Shown: positions 19,784 to 29,848, counted from the first letter of the stretch. The stretch: 32,000 bases of DNA from Wolbachia endosymbiont strain TRS of Brugia malayi (GCF_000008385.1 NC_006833.1:630001-662000), one strand, 5' to 3'. Made by a program: numbers and translations. Notes: a model not told the origin generated them from the letters alone.

Positions 19784-22700
19784 ATGTTCATACACTTGCG
19801 TGTTCACAGTGTTTATTCTTTACTTGAAAGTTCGGTCAAAATTGAGGAGCTGATAGGCCTTTGCTTGCGGAACAAAATGCCGGCAGTTGCAATTACTGAC
19901 TCAGGTAACTTATTTGGCTCACTTGAATTTTCAGAATACGCGGCAAGTAGGGGAATACAGCTAATAACAGGATGCAATATTATAGTCAGATATTCAGAGC
20001 AAAATTTACCTATATTATTGCTTACAAAAAATGAGCAAGGATACACTAATCTAGTCACTTTGGTAAGTGAGTCTTTCAGAAAGCGCAAAAATAACAGCGA
20101 TATTCCTTATGTTGATTTTGATGAGCTATTAAATTTAAGCACAGGTTTGATCACTTTAACCGGTGGATGTGATGGAATATTGGCTCAACTGTTATTTAGG
20201 CAAGATAAAGGAATAGTTGAAAAACTGCTTTTAGCATTCAATGGTCATTTGTATGTTGAACTGCAGCGTCATGGATTGAACAAGGAATTAGAACTTGAAG
20301 AAACCTTGATAGACTTTGCTTACCAGCATAATATACCACTTGTTGCAACAAACGATGTATTTTTTCCAAATAGATCTGACTATGAAGCTTATGATATATT
20401 AACGTGTATATCGGAGGGGAGTTATACTCTGGAGAATAACAGAAAGAAGCTAACTACTGAGCACTATTTTAAATCTGTGGCAGAAATGGAAAAGCTGTTT
20501 AGCGACATTCCCGAAGCAATTCATAACACTTTAGTAATAGCTAAGCGTTGCTCTTACATGCCAAGAAGCAGGCAGCCTATTTTGCCTAAATTTCCTTGTC
20601 GAGAAAATAAAACTGAGAATGAAGAATTAAAGGAGCAAGCAACTGCGGGATTAGAACTTCGTATTGCAAATAAAATAGACATAGACCTTAAGCAATACTA
20701 CGATCGGCTGAACTATGAACTAAGTGTAATAACTTCGATGAATTACGCTGGCTACTTTTTGATAGTTTCTGACTTTATTCGCTGGAGCAAAGCAAATGGT
20801 ATTCCAGTTGGCCCAGGAAGGGGTTCTGGTGCTGGATCAATTGTTGCTTGGGCATTGCAGATTACAGACCTCGATCCAATAAAATTTGGCTTGATCTTTG
20901 AAAGATTTTTAAACCCTGATCGTATATCGATGCCTGATTTTGATATCGATTTCTGCCAGGAAAAAAGGGACTTAGTTATTGATTATGTTCAAAAGAAATA
21001 CGGTTATGTTGCTCAAATAATTACTTTTGGTAAGTTACAGGCAAGAGCCGTGCTGCGTGATGTGGGAAGGGTGCTACAAATGTCTTATACTCAGGTGGAT
21101 AAGATATCTAAAATGGTTCCATTCAACCCAGTGAATCCTGTAACTTTATCACAAGCAATAGAGTTTGATCAAAACTTACAGAAAGAACGAGATAGTGATG
21201 AAGTAATTGCAAAACTCCTTGATATTTCTCTTAAGCTTGAAGGAATATATCGCCACGTTTCAACTCATGCTGCTGGAATTGTGATATGCGATCAAAAATT
21301 AGAAAATTTTGTTCCTGTGTACTACGATCCAAACTCGGCTCTGCCAATTACCCAATACAGCATGAAGTATGTTGAGAAAGCTGGGCTGATAAAATTTGAT
21401 TTTCTTGGACTTGGTACACTAACGCTAATAGATCATGTCTGTCGTTTAATTAATCAAAATGGGAAAAAGATTGATATTGCCTCAGTTTCCTTGAATGACC
21501 GCAAAACTTACGAAATGCTCTCAAACGGTGATTCAATTGGAGTATTCCAACTTGAAAGTTCGGGGATGAGGGAAGCTTTAATCAAGTTAAAACCAGATTG
21601 CATTGAAGATATCATTGCGTTAATCTCTCTTTATCGTCCAGGACCTATGGATAACATTCCAACTTACATCGCAAGAAAGCATGGACTTGAAAAACCAGAT
21701 TATATTCATCCATTACTTGAAAGGGTATTAAAAGAAACATTTGGAGTGATAATCTACCAAGAACAGGTGATGGAAATAGCACGTATTCTTTCTGGATATA
21801 GTCTCGCAGAAGCAGATTTGCTAAGACGTGCTATGGGTAAGAAAATCAAAGCAGAGATGGATAAACAACGTAAACTTTTTGTTCAAGGAGCAACAAAAAA
21901 TGGCGTTGATTATGATAGGGCAAGCTACATTTTTGACCTTGTTGCAAAATTTGCTGGCTATGGGTTTAATAAGTCCCACGCAGCCGCATACGCGGTTATA
22001 TCTTATCAAACAGCTTACCTTAAGGCTAACTATCCGTTAGAATTTTTCACGGCCTTAATGAATCTGAATATCGATGATAGAGATAAATTGAATTTGTTCT
22101 ATCATGCTGCAAAATTCAGTGGGGTTTCTGTTCTTTTGCCTGATATAAGCAAATCTAAGGCTGAATTCTCAATAGAGGGCAAGCATATACGTTATGGTAT
22201 TGCTGCTCTGCGCAATGTCGGTTTTTCTATAGCAGAGGGAATAGTGAACACACGTTCAAGCACTTATAAGGATATATGGGAATTCATTCAAAATTCAGGT
22301 CATATAACAAATAAAAGGGCACTAGAAAGCCTGATTAAGTCTGGAGCATGTGACAGTGTACATAAGAATAGAAAGCAACTATACGAGTCAATAGACACAC
22401 TGGTTTACTTTGCAAATAAAAACAGACAGGATAGAGAATCAAATCAAGCTGTTTTGTTTGGTAATTTTAATGTTCTAAAGCCAAAACTTGAGAAGGTAAA
22501 AGATTTCAATGAAGAAGAAAAATTAGAGCATGAGTTATTTTCGCTAGGGTTTTACTTAACTAGCCATCCACTTGAAAAATTTAGAACTCTTCTCGAAAAG
22601 CTAAATATTGGGTTTATTGGAGAGAATAAGATAGCAAAAACTGCTGGTGTAATATTAAATGTGCGTATGAGAACTTCAGAACGTGGAAGGTTTGTTATAC

Positions 22701-23122
22701 TTACGCTTTCTGATCCTCATAACGTTTCTGAAATAGCATTCTACAATAATGAAATAATAGAGAAGAAAAGAAATTTATTTTCGCCTGGAACATTTGTAGT
22801 AGTTGATCTTGAAACTTCGGAGAATACGACAAGATTAGTGGGAAGGGATATATCTGAATTTACAGAAAGGATTACTTCTGTAATGAAAAGTTTAGTTTTA
22901 ACTACCGGATGTGCTGATTCACAAAAAGCCGCTATAGAATTAAACTCAGTATTGAAAGGCGATGGTAAAACTAAAATAATGCTCAAACTTCTCTTTGAAA
23001 AGCATACAGTGAACATCTTGCTACCAGGTGCATATTTGATCACCCCTCAAGTTGTTTATGAAATATCTAACTTAAGCTGGATTAAAGGCATAGAAATTGA
23101 TACAAATAGCTTGCTTATATAA
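19784..23122 (+). CDS. dnaE: DNA polymerase III subunit alpha
   Basis: PHP domain (FIHLRVHSVYSLLESSVKIEEL), GPGRGSGAGSIVAWALQITDLDPIKFGLIFERFLNPDRISMPDFDIDFC, FQLESSGMREALIKLKPDCIEDIIALISLYRPGPMDNIPTYI. Confidence 0.99.
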   Translation: MFIHLRVHSVYSLLESSVKIEELIGLCLRNKMPAVAITDSGNLFGSLEFSEYAASRGIQLITGCNIIVRYSEQNLPILLLTKNEQGYTNLVTLVSESFRKRKNNSDIPYVDFDELLNLSTGLITLTGGCDGILAQLLFRQDKGIVEKLLLAFNGHLYVELQRHGLNKELELEETLIDFAYQHNIPLVATNDVFFPNRSDYEAYDILTCISEGSYTLENNRKKLTTEHYFKSVAEMEKLFSDIPEAIHNTLVIAKRCSYMPRSRQPILPKFPCRENKTENEELKEQATAGLELRIANKIDIDLKQYYDRLNYELSVITSMNYAGYFLIVSDFIRWSKANGIPVGPGRGSGAGSIVAWALQITDLDPIKFGLIFERFLNPDRISMPDFDIDFCQEKRDLVIDYVQKKYGYVAQIITFGKLQARAVLRDVGRVLQMSYTQVDKISKMVPFNPVNPVTLSQAIEFDQNLQKERDSDEVIAKLLDISLKLEGIYRHVSTHAAGIVICDQKLENFVPVYYDPNSALPITQYSMKYVEKAGLIKFDFLGLGTLTLIDHVCRLINQNGKKIDIASVSLNDRKTYEMLSNGDSIGVFQLESSGMREALIKLKPDCIEDIIALISLYRPGPMDNIPTYIARKHGLEKPDYIHPLLERVLKETFGVIIYQEQVMEIARILSGYSLAEADLLRRAMGKKIKAEMDKQRKLFVQGATKNGVDYDRASYIFDLVAKFAGYGFNKSHAAAYAVISYQTAYLKANYPLEFFTALMNLNIDDRDKLNLFYHAAKFSGVSVLLPDISKSKAEFSIEGKHIRYGIAALRNVGFSIAEGIVNTRSSTYKDIWEFIQNSGHITNKRALESLIKSGACDSVHKNRKQLYESIDTLVYFANKNRQDRESNQAVLFGNFNVLKPKLEKVKDFNEEEKLEHELFSLGFYLTSHPLEKFRTLLEKLNIGFIGENKIAKTAGVILNVRMRTSERGRFVILTLSDPHNVSEIAFYNNEIIEKKRNLFSPGTFVVVDLETSENTTRLVGRDISEFTERITSVMKSLVLTTGCADSQKAAIELNSVLKGDGKTKIMLKLLFEKHTVNILLPGAYLITPQVVYEISNLSWIKGIEIDTNSLLI

Positions 23123-23170
23123 AAAAGTTTTATATAATGAAATACTTAATCAATATTAAAGGAAAATATA

Positions 23171-23953
23171 GTGAACCTTTACGAATTTACTTTTATAGCG
23201 CAACAGGGGTTATTGCAGCAAGAAGTAGAAGGAATGGCTCAAGAGCTAGGTGTTTCATTAAAAAATATTAAGGCAGATATTATGTTCCAGCAAATTAAGG
23301 GTATTCTGGAAAAAGGAAGTGACAAGTTTACAAAACGAGATTCAGAAATGCATGCTAAAGACATTCAAGAAAATCTAATTGCTTACTCTAGTTTCCTGGA
23401 AAGTTTTGCGAAAATTTTATGGATTGAATTAGAGGAAGATCTCTCAAATTTGAAAGAAGTGAAATTGAAAATTAGCAAAGAGTTGAAAGACGACCTAAAA
23501 GGTTTAGGAATAGCACAAGGTTTTATAAAGCTTCCAGAGGGTGGTAAGCAAATTGCTAAGAATGCATTTATTCACAATGCAGTAAGTGCTTTAAAGGAAG
23601 ATATTTCAAAGCACCTAATAAAGATCTTTCAAGGAATTTTACAAAATTTTGGAATGGCAGAGCCAAACCAATCAAACAAAACATTGGAAATGCTTCTAGA
23701 CAATATTGAAGCTTCAGGATTGATAAAATACGAATATTGGGGTTTACTGGATTTTGCGTATCCAATAAACAAGATGAAGAGTGGTCATTATTGTATAATG
23801 TGCATAAGTTCTACTTCAAACATTATGGATGAATTTGTGCGTAGAATAAAACTCAACGAGAACATTATCCGCCACTTGTCTGTGCATGTTGATAAATTTT
23901 TTGAAGGTAAATCTCATATGATGAATAAACAAGTTGAGGAACAAAGCGCATAA
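23171..23953 (+). CDS. rpsF: 30S ribosomal protein S6 with a large internal insertion (260 aa)
   Basis: N-terminus [20 protein letters not shown] and C-terminus [28 protein letters not shown]...[23 protein letters not shown] match S6; directly upstream of rpsR-rplI; about 140 aa of charged sequence separate the two parts. Confidence 0.88.
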   Translation: MNLYEFTFIAQQGLLQQEVEGMAQELGVSLKNIKADIMFQQIKGILEKGSDKFTKRDSEMHAKDIQENLIAYSSFLESFAKILWIELEEDLSNLKEVKLKISKELKDDLKGLGIAQGFIKLPEGGKQIAKNAFIHNAVSALKEDISKHLIKIFQGILQNFGMAEPNQSNKTLEMLLDNIEASGLIKYEYWGLLDFAYPINKMKSGHYCIMCISSTSNIMDEFVRRIKLNENIIRHLSVHVDKFFEGKSHMMNKQVEEQSA

Positions 23954-24228
23954 TGACAAAGAAACGAAATAATTTTAATGATTCTTACGTATCTGTAAAT
24001 AATAGAACAGGGTTTAAGCGTTCTAAAGTTTGCCCTCTTGCTACTTCTCAAGATGAAGACATAGATTATAAGAATACGGATTTATTATCCAGGTTTACCT
24101 CTGACTATGGTAGAATATTACCTAGAAGATTAACAGGGGTGTGTGCAAAAAAACAAAGAAAATTGCGCTTAGCAATTATAAGAGCACGTTTTTTAGCTCT
24201 TGTTCCTTACTGTACTAAAAAAGTTTAG
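23953..24228 (+). CDS. rpsR: 30S ribosomal protein S18
   Basis: [60 protein letters not shown]; TAATG overlap with rpsF. Confidence 0.97.
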   Translation: MTKKRNNFNDSYVSVNNRTGFKRSKVCPLATSQDEDIDYKNTDLLSRFTSDYGRILPRRLTGVCAKKQRKLRLAIIRARFLALVPYCTKKV

Positions 24229-24235
24229 GTAGTTT

Positions 24236-24796
24236 ATGTTGGTAATTTTAAAAGAAAATATCAGAACACTCGGCAAATTAGGTGAAATTGTGAAAGTAAA
24301 GCCTGGCTACGCACGTAATTTTCTTTTTCCACAAAGGAAAGCAGTGAAAGCAACCAAGGAAAGCATAGCAAAACTGGAGGAGCAGCGTTCCTTTCTAGAA
24401 GAGGAAAATATAAGAAAATTGAATTTGGCAAGTGAGCTAGCAGCTTCTTTTGCTGGTAAGTTTGTAATATTGGTAAAGCAAGCTTCTGAGGATGGTAAAA
24501 TTTTTGGTTCTGTAACAACAAGAGAAGTTGCAAGATCTTTGTCGCAAGAGTATGAAGTTGATCACCGTAAAATATCTTTTAATGGAGTAAAGATAAGAAA
24601 TTTAGGTGAGTACCAGGCAAGTATAGAGTTTCATAGTGAAATAGTAGTACAAGTTGCTGTGCATGTTGTGAGGTCAGAAACAGATGCACATGAGTTGAGG
24701 CAGGTAAAATCGCAAAGCCAAAAGTCACAACAACAAGAGGCAAAACAGAATGAAGTTGGAGAAGCTACTGATAGTGATAAAGCTGATCAAAAGTGA
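24236..24796 (+). CDS. rplI: 50S ribosomal protein L9
   Basis: MLVILKENIRTLGKLGEIVKVKPGYARNFLFPQRKAVKAT; GKIFGSVTTREVA. Confidence 0.97.
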   Translation: MLVILKENIRTLGKLGEIVKVKPGYARNFLFPQRKAVKATKESIAKLEEQRSFLEEENIRKLNLASELAASFAGKFVILVKQASEDGKIFGSVTTREVARSLSQEYEVDHRKISFNGVKIRNLGEYQASIEFHSEIVVQVAVHVVRSETDAHELRQVKSQSQKSQQQEAKQNEVGEATDSDKADQK

Positions 24797-24839
24797 TATC
24801 TTATTATAATCGCAAGGAGATATTTTTCATAACTAAGTT

Positions 24840-24870
24840 GGTGTCATTCCAGTACGTGGCACTGGGGTTT
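24840..24870. repeat. Partial palindromic-element-like fragment
   Basis: GTGTCATTCCAGTACGTGGCACTGGGG resembles one arm of the TGTCATTCCAG... elements. Confidence 0.5.
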
Positions 24871-24902
24871 AGTATACTCAGAAACAAAAAGGAGGTCATT
24901 CT

Positions 24903-26195
24903 ATGATACCTCGTTATAGCCGTAAAGAAATATCCGCTATTTGGGAGGAAAACAATAAGTTCAACATATGGCTCAAAATAGAAAGGTTAGCATGTGAGGC
25001 TCAAGCAAAGTTAGGAGTAATTCCAAGTAATGTTGCTAAAAGGCTCTCTGGTGCTATTACATTTGATGTTGAACGTATCAACGAGATTGAATCCACTGTA
25101 AAACATGATGTTATAGCTTTTTTAACATATATCGCTGAAAAAGTGGGAGTTGATGTACGTTACCTTCACTACGGAATGACAAGTTCTGATGTGTTAGATA
25201 CATGCTTTGCTGTGCAGCTAAAAGAGTCATGTAATATTCTACTTGAGAATCTAAAAAATTTACTTGCAGCATTGAAAAAAAAAGCTGAGGACTATAAAGG
25301 TACTATATGTGTTGGGCGCAGTCACGGAATGCATGCAGAGCCAACAACTCTTGGGTTGAAATTTACCAGGTTTTATGCGGAATTTAAACGCAGTTATCAA
25401 AGATTAATTAATGCACAAAAAGAAATTTCAATTTGCAAAATATCAGGCGCGGTAGGTAATTTTGCAAATGTCGATCCGTTTGTTGAGGAATATGTAGCAA
25501 AAGGGATGGAACTTGTACCTGAAACCATATCATCTCAAGTAATTCCTCGTGATAGACACGCCATGTTTTTTTCAGTTTTAGGAGTAATTGCAAGTTCAAT
25601 GGAAAATGTTGCTGTTGAAATTCGTCACTTACAAAGAACTGAGATTGCGGAAATTGCCGAATATTTTTCTACTGGACAGAAAGGAAGCTCTGCCATGCCA
25701 CACAAGTGCAATCCTATTTTAAGTGAGAATTTAACTGGGCTCTCACGTTTAATACGCAGTTACGTATCTCCTGCACTAGAAAATGTTGTGTTGTGGCATG
25801 AACGGGACATATCACACTCATCTGTAGAAAGATGTATTGCTCCTGATGCTTGTATATTAATGGATTTTGCTTTAGTGCGATTAACGGATTTGATAGATAA
25901 ATTAGCAATTAATAAAGAAAACATTGAAAAGAACTTAAATTCTTCAAAAGGTTTAATTTTCTCACAGCGTATATTACTTGAATTAGTAAATAGTGGTTTA
26001 ACAAGGGAAGAGGCGTATAAAATTATTCAGGGCAATGCAATGAAAGTGAAACAAAACAACAGTGATTTTCTGTTTGAGTTGAAACAAGACAGGTCCTTAC
26101 TTGAAGTCATTAACTCTGAAAAACTTGAATCTTTATTTGATTTGAAATATTATACGAAATATGTAGACCATATATACAAAAAGGTCTTTGATTAG
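24903..26195 (+). CDS. purB: Adenylosuccinate lyase
   Basis: MIPRYSRKEISAIWEENNKFNIWLKIE; HYGMTSSDVLDTCFAVQL; GRSHGMHAEPTTLGLKF; GSSAMPHKCNPILSENLTG. Confidence 0.98.
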   Translation: MIPRYSRKEISAIWEENNKFNIWLKIERLACEAQAKLGVIPSNVAKRLSGAITFDVERINEIESTVKHDVIAFLTYIAEKVGVDVRYLHYGMTSSDVLDTCFAVQLKESCNILLENLKNLLAALKKKAEDYKGTICVGRSHGMHAEPTTLGLKFTRFYAEFKRSYQRLINAQKEISICKISGAVGNFANVDPFVEEYVAKGMELVPETISSQVIPRDRHAMFFSVLGVIASSMENVAVEIRHLQRTEIAEIAEYFSTGQKGSSAMPHKCNPILSENLTGLSRLIRSYVSPALENVVLWHERDISHSSVERCIAPDACILMDFALVRLTDLIDKLAINKENIEKNLNSSKGLIFSQRILLELVNSGLTREEAYKIIQGNAMKVKQNNSDFLFELKQDRSLLEVINSEKLESLFDLKYYTKYVDHIYKKVFD

Positions 26196-26267
26196 GCTGA
26201 GTAGCTCAGTCGGTAGAGCAGGAGGATCATAATCTCTTGGTCGTGGGTTCGATTCCCTCCTCAGCCA
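26195..26267 (+). tRNA. tRNA-Met (anticodon CAT, elongator-like)
   Basis: 73-nt cloverleaf: GGCTGAG/CTCAGCC acceptor, GCTC/GAGC D arm, GGAGG ATCATAA TCTCT anticodon arm, TTCGATT T loop, discriminator A, no encoded CCA. One T-T mismatch in the T stem. Confidence 0.9.
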
Positions 26268-26699
26268 CTAATTATATTAATTCCAATATACTACAAGATC
26301 AGCAACAATAGCTTGCTTCGATCACCTATACAGGTAATCTTTTGCATTTTAATTATCTGCCCAAATTCTCCTATCCTCTTTTTGTAATCTGTTAACTTTC
26401 TACTATCCTTCTCAAAAAGGTACGTACTTTTGCAACTTTGAAAAATAGAGAGTTAATGATTAAATCTTTCATTATACTAGTTTGCATCACATTTCATTAA
26501 ATTAGAGAAACTATAAACATGTTTCCGCCTTAATCAGTGGGGAAAAGTACTCAGTTCAATAAAATGCTCAAAGAGATTTTAAGAGTAACATTAATTGAAA
26601 AAATAAAAGAGCAGTAAAAAAAAGAAATCTTAGACATATATCAAGAGTGACAAGGTGATAGATTATCCATTTAACGTAACACTCACTACACCAGATCGA

Positions 26700-27279
26700 A
26701 TTTACATTACTATACATAGCTGCCTGTATTGGTCAACCAGAGATAGTTAAATGTCTTTAAGAGATAAGGGTTGATGCTAATGTAACAAGTAGTTAATTTG
26801 ACTACACTCCTTTACACTTAGCTGTTGAAGGTCATATTTAGACATAATCAAATATCTTCTTATAGATGAAAAAGAGGTTGACGTTAATGCAAAGAGTAAT
26901 GAGAGCAATGCTCCTTTGCACTTTGCTACTCAAACTGGTCGGTTGGACATAGTTAAATATCTTATAGATAAAGAGATTTATGCTAATATAAGAATAACAG
27001 CAGTGATACTTCTTTAGATGTTGCTGATAAAAATAGTTACTCAGATATAGTTGAGTATTTTAATAAAAAGAAGGTTACTGCTAATGAAAAGGACAAGATT
27101 GGTAAAAGTGAGGCAGAAATTATAACAGAAAAAGGAATAAGGTTTACACGGACCTTACAGATGATAGCGGTATAGTATTAATTTTCTATACCAGCCAGGG
27201 CGCATTAGAGGTGAGATTGTATACTGGCAAGCAAGATAAAGACCTAATAAAGGTAGAAGTAAAAGATCAAAAGAAGTAG
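26700..27279 (+). pseudogene. Decayed ankyrin-repeat protein gene
   Basis: Frameshifted fragments: PEIVKCL, TPLHLAVEGHI, LLIDEKEVDVNAKSNESNAPLHFATQTGRLDIVKYLIDKEIYANI, YSDIVEYFNKKKVTANEKDKIGKSEAEIITEKGI, DDSGIVLIFYTSQGALEVRLYTGKQDKDLIKVEVKDQKK. Confidence 0.85.
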
Positions 27280-27809
27280 GAATGATTAAAAGATTGCAAC
27301 AAAAAAATAGGAAAGAATTGCTCACTAGGAGGGCTACCAGTTAATAAAGCCATATAACGAGTTTTTTTGCTAAATCTGGAAAACCAATACATTTTGAGAC
27401 AATAAGTCAATCTAAAGAACAGAAAAAAAAGATGGGTGGTGGTGAAGGATAAGTAGAGCCTCAAGCCTTGAAGAAATAGGCCGTTTTGCATAGTAAAGAT
27501 GGGAATTTTCACAAAGCCCTGTGGTGGTATATATTAGCTTAACAATTAGATATTAACATAAATAATGAATAAAATTTATCACGCATTTCTTGATCATCAG
27601 TTTTTTTTATGCTCTCTGAAGCAAAAAGAGCTTTATGAATAATAGTAAACAGCTTAGCTGGATACATAAAATCTGCAAGTCTTTACAATTAGCGATGACA
27701 TAGAAAATGCAAAGCCCATTTTACAGGCCTTAAGAACCCTTATATGGGGATGTTTTAGACCTAAAATTTATCCTTAATCTTTATTTAAGTGACAAAAGCA
27801 CATTATTAA

Positions 27810-28200
27810 ACTAGGTGTGTTATGTTTAATTTTTCTTATATAGACACTCCATGTCTTTATAAATTTTTATCTACGTTAGCTGAATCTCGCTTATTAAGTA
27901 ATGTAATAAGCGCCAAGTTTTTGAGAGAACAGTAAACAACTCACATTGCATTGTTCTTTTTGTCTTTATTTAAGAATTAGTTCAAAAATCAACTAATCTT
28001 CTTTTTTTATAAAGAAATTATTTGAAAAACTTCTGCATTACCCTTATCGTGACGTTATGGATATTTATAATTCCAAGGTTGACTACTTACCAAGCATATA
28101 AGACATTAATGTCAAGTTCCTACAAGAGATATCACTAGGGTTTCTTTTGCTTTTTTTCCTGCTTGGTGAGTTCCTTAATATTTGTGGCTGCCAACATCCC
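27810..28200 (+). repeat. Copy 3 (most diverged, apparently interrupted) of the dispersed repeat
   Basis: GTGTTATGTTTAATTTTTCTTATATAGACACTCCATGTCTTTATAAATTTTTATCTACG...then GGGTTTCTTTTGCTTTTTTTCCTGCTTGGTGAGTTCCTTAATATTTGTGGCTG, in the same order as copies 1 and 2. Confidence 0.6.
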
Positions 28201-28355
28201 AGCGCGTGATACTAGCTTCTCATACTGGAAAACCATAGAATGATAGAAAATAGTAAATAAATTTACTAAGATTCTAGTGTCACGCACTGGAATGACATCG
28301 TTTACCATTAAACATCGATGTTACAATATCCACATACTTGACACTGGAATCTAGT
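28195..28355. repeat. Cluster of decayed palindromic-element-like sequences
   Basis: CATCCCAGCGCGTGATACTAG...CATACTGG; ATTCTAGTGTCACGCACTGGAATGACATCG; CTTGACACTGGAATCTAG. Confidence 0.65.
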
Positions 28356-28405
28356 ATGATTTAATTAACCAAGAAATAGAGATATTCACATGAAAAAATT
28401 ATGTA

Positions 28406-29848
28406 GTGAAGCTGAACGCCAGTGTCAGCTACTTTTATGACACCGAAGAAGGAAATATGGATAAAAAAACTAGAATAGAATCAGATAGTTTAGGGGAAGT
28501 AAAAGTACCAAGTGAACATTATTGGGGAGCACAAACGCAGCGTTCTTTGGAGAATTTTAAAATTGGTATGGAAAAAATGCCAGAGCCCATAATTAAAGCA
28601 TTAGCAATGGTAAAACTTGCAGCAGCGCGTGTAAATGTGAAGCATGGTACTATTGATGAAAAAGTAGGAAATGCAATCTGTGTAGCTGCGAAGGAAATAA
28701 TAGATGGTAAATTTAACAACGAATTTCCGCTCGTTGTGTGGCAAACTGGGTCTGGAACTCAAACTAACATGAACATAAATGAAGTGATAAGTAATCGCGC
28801 AATAGAGATTTTGGGCAGTAATTTGGGTAGTAAATTTCCAGTACATCCAAACGATCATGTGAATTACGGTCAGTCATCAAATGATACTTTTCCAACAGCA
28901 ATGCACATAGCAGCAGCAAAGCAGATAAACCATTCTCTTATTCCAAATCTTGAAGTGCTGCACAAAGCATTGAATGACAAGGTTCAGGAATTTAAAAATA
29001 TAATAAAAGTAGGACGTACTCATTTGCAAGATGCAACACCTCTAACACTAGGGCAGGAGTTTTCTGGCTATGCAGTTCAGATTAAAAAGGGAATAGAGAG
29101 AATAAAATCAACTCTGAGCAATTTATACGAGCTCGCACAAGGCGGTACTGCAGTTGGTACGGGGTTAAACACTAAAGAAGGTTTTGCTGAGGATTTTGCC
29201 AAAGAAGTTGCAGAAATTACCAATCTTCCATTTACTTCAGCAGACAACAAATTTGAAGCATTAGCAGCAAATGATGCTCTAGTTGAATTAAGTGGAACGC
29301 TTAATACAGTAGCAGTCAGTTTAATGAAAATTGCAAGTGATATAAGATTGCTCGGTTCTGGTCCAAGGTGTGGAATTGGAGAAATCACATTACCGGAAAA
29401 TGAGCCTGGTTCTTCAATTATGCCAGGTAAGGTAAATCCAACTCAGTGTGAGGCTGTGACTATGGTATGCGCTCAAGTTATGGGGAATCATGTTGCCGTA
29501 ACTGTCAGTGGTTCAAATGGCCATTTTGAATTGAATGTGTTTAAACCAGTGATAATTTACAATGTTTTGCAGTCTATAAGACTTTTAGCTGATGCAAGTT
29601 TGAATTTTACAGAAAAGTGTGTGATTGGTATTAAGGCAAATGAAAAGAGAATAAAAGATCTACTAAACCAGTCATTGATGTTGGTCACTATATTGAATAC
29701 ACATATAGGATATGACAATGCAGCAAAAATAGCAAAACTTGCTTATAAAGAAAATATCACTCTAAAAGAAGCAGCAGTGAAGCTTAAGCTACTCACTGAG
29801 CAAGAATTTGAAAGAATAGTAAAACCAGAAAAATTTATAAATCACTAG
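28406..29848 (+). CDS. fumC: Class II fumarate hydratase (likely true start at ATG 28457)
   Basis: [37 protein letters not shown]; [26 protein letters not shown]; [16 protein letters not shown]. The ORF opens at a GTG inside sequence absent from typical FumC N-termini. Confidence 0.96.
   Translation: MKLNASVSYFYDTEEGNMDKKTRIESDSLGEVKVPSEHYWGAQTQRSLENFKIGMEKMPEPIIKALAMVKLAAARVNVKHGTIDEKVGNAICVAAKEIIDGKFNNEFPLVVWQTGSGTQTNMNINEVISNRAIEILGSNLGSKFPVHPNDHVNYGQSSNDTFPTAMHIAAAKQINHSLIPNLEVLHKALNDKVQEFKNIIKVGRTHLQDATPLTLGQEFSGYAVQIKKGIERIKSTLSNLYELAQGGTAVGTGLNTKEGFAEDFAKEVAEITNLPFTSADNKFEALAANDALVELSGTLNTVAVSLMKIASDIRLLGSGPRCGIGEITLPENEPGSSIMPGKVNPTQCEAVTMVCAQVMGNHVAVTVSGSNGHFELNVFKPVIIYNVLQSIRLLADASLNFTEKCVIGIKANEKRIKDLLNQSLMLVTILNTHIGYDNAAKIAKLAYKENITLKEAAVKLKLLTEQEFERIVKPEKFINH

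Noticed and set aside
21821-23043. Minus and plus alternative-frame ORFs (21821-22009, 21828-22040, 22741-23043)
   Set aside because: Lie inside dnaE in other frames; typical shadow ORFs.
25408-25908. Minus ORFs inside purB (25408-25599, 25714-25908)
   Set aside because: Antisense shadows of a strongly supported gene.
27267-27512. 81-aa minus ORF MKIPIFTMQNGLFLQGL...
   Set aside because: Low-complexity Phe/Leu-rich product antisense to the tail of the ankyrin pseudogene; no independent support.
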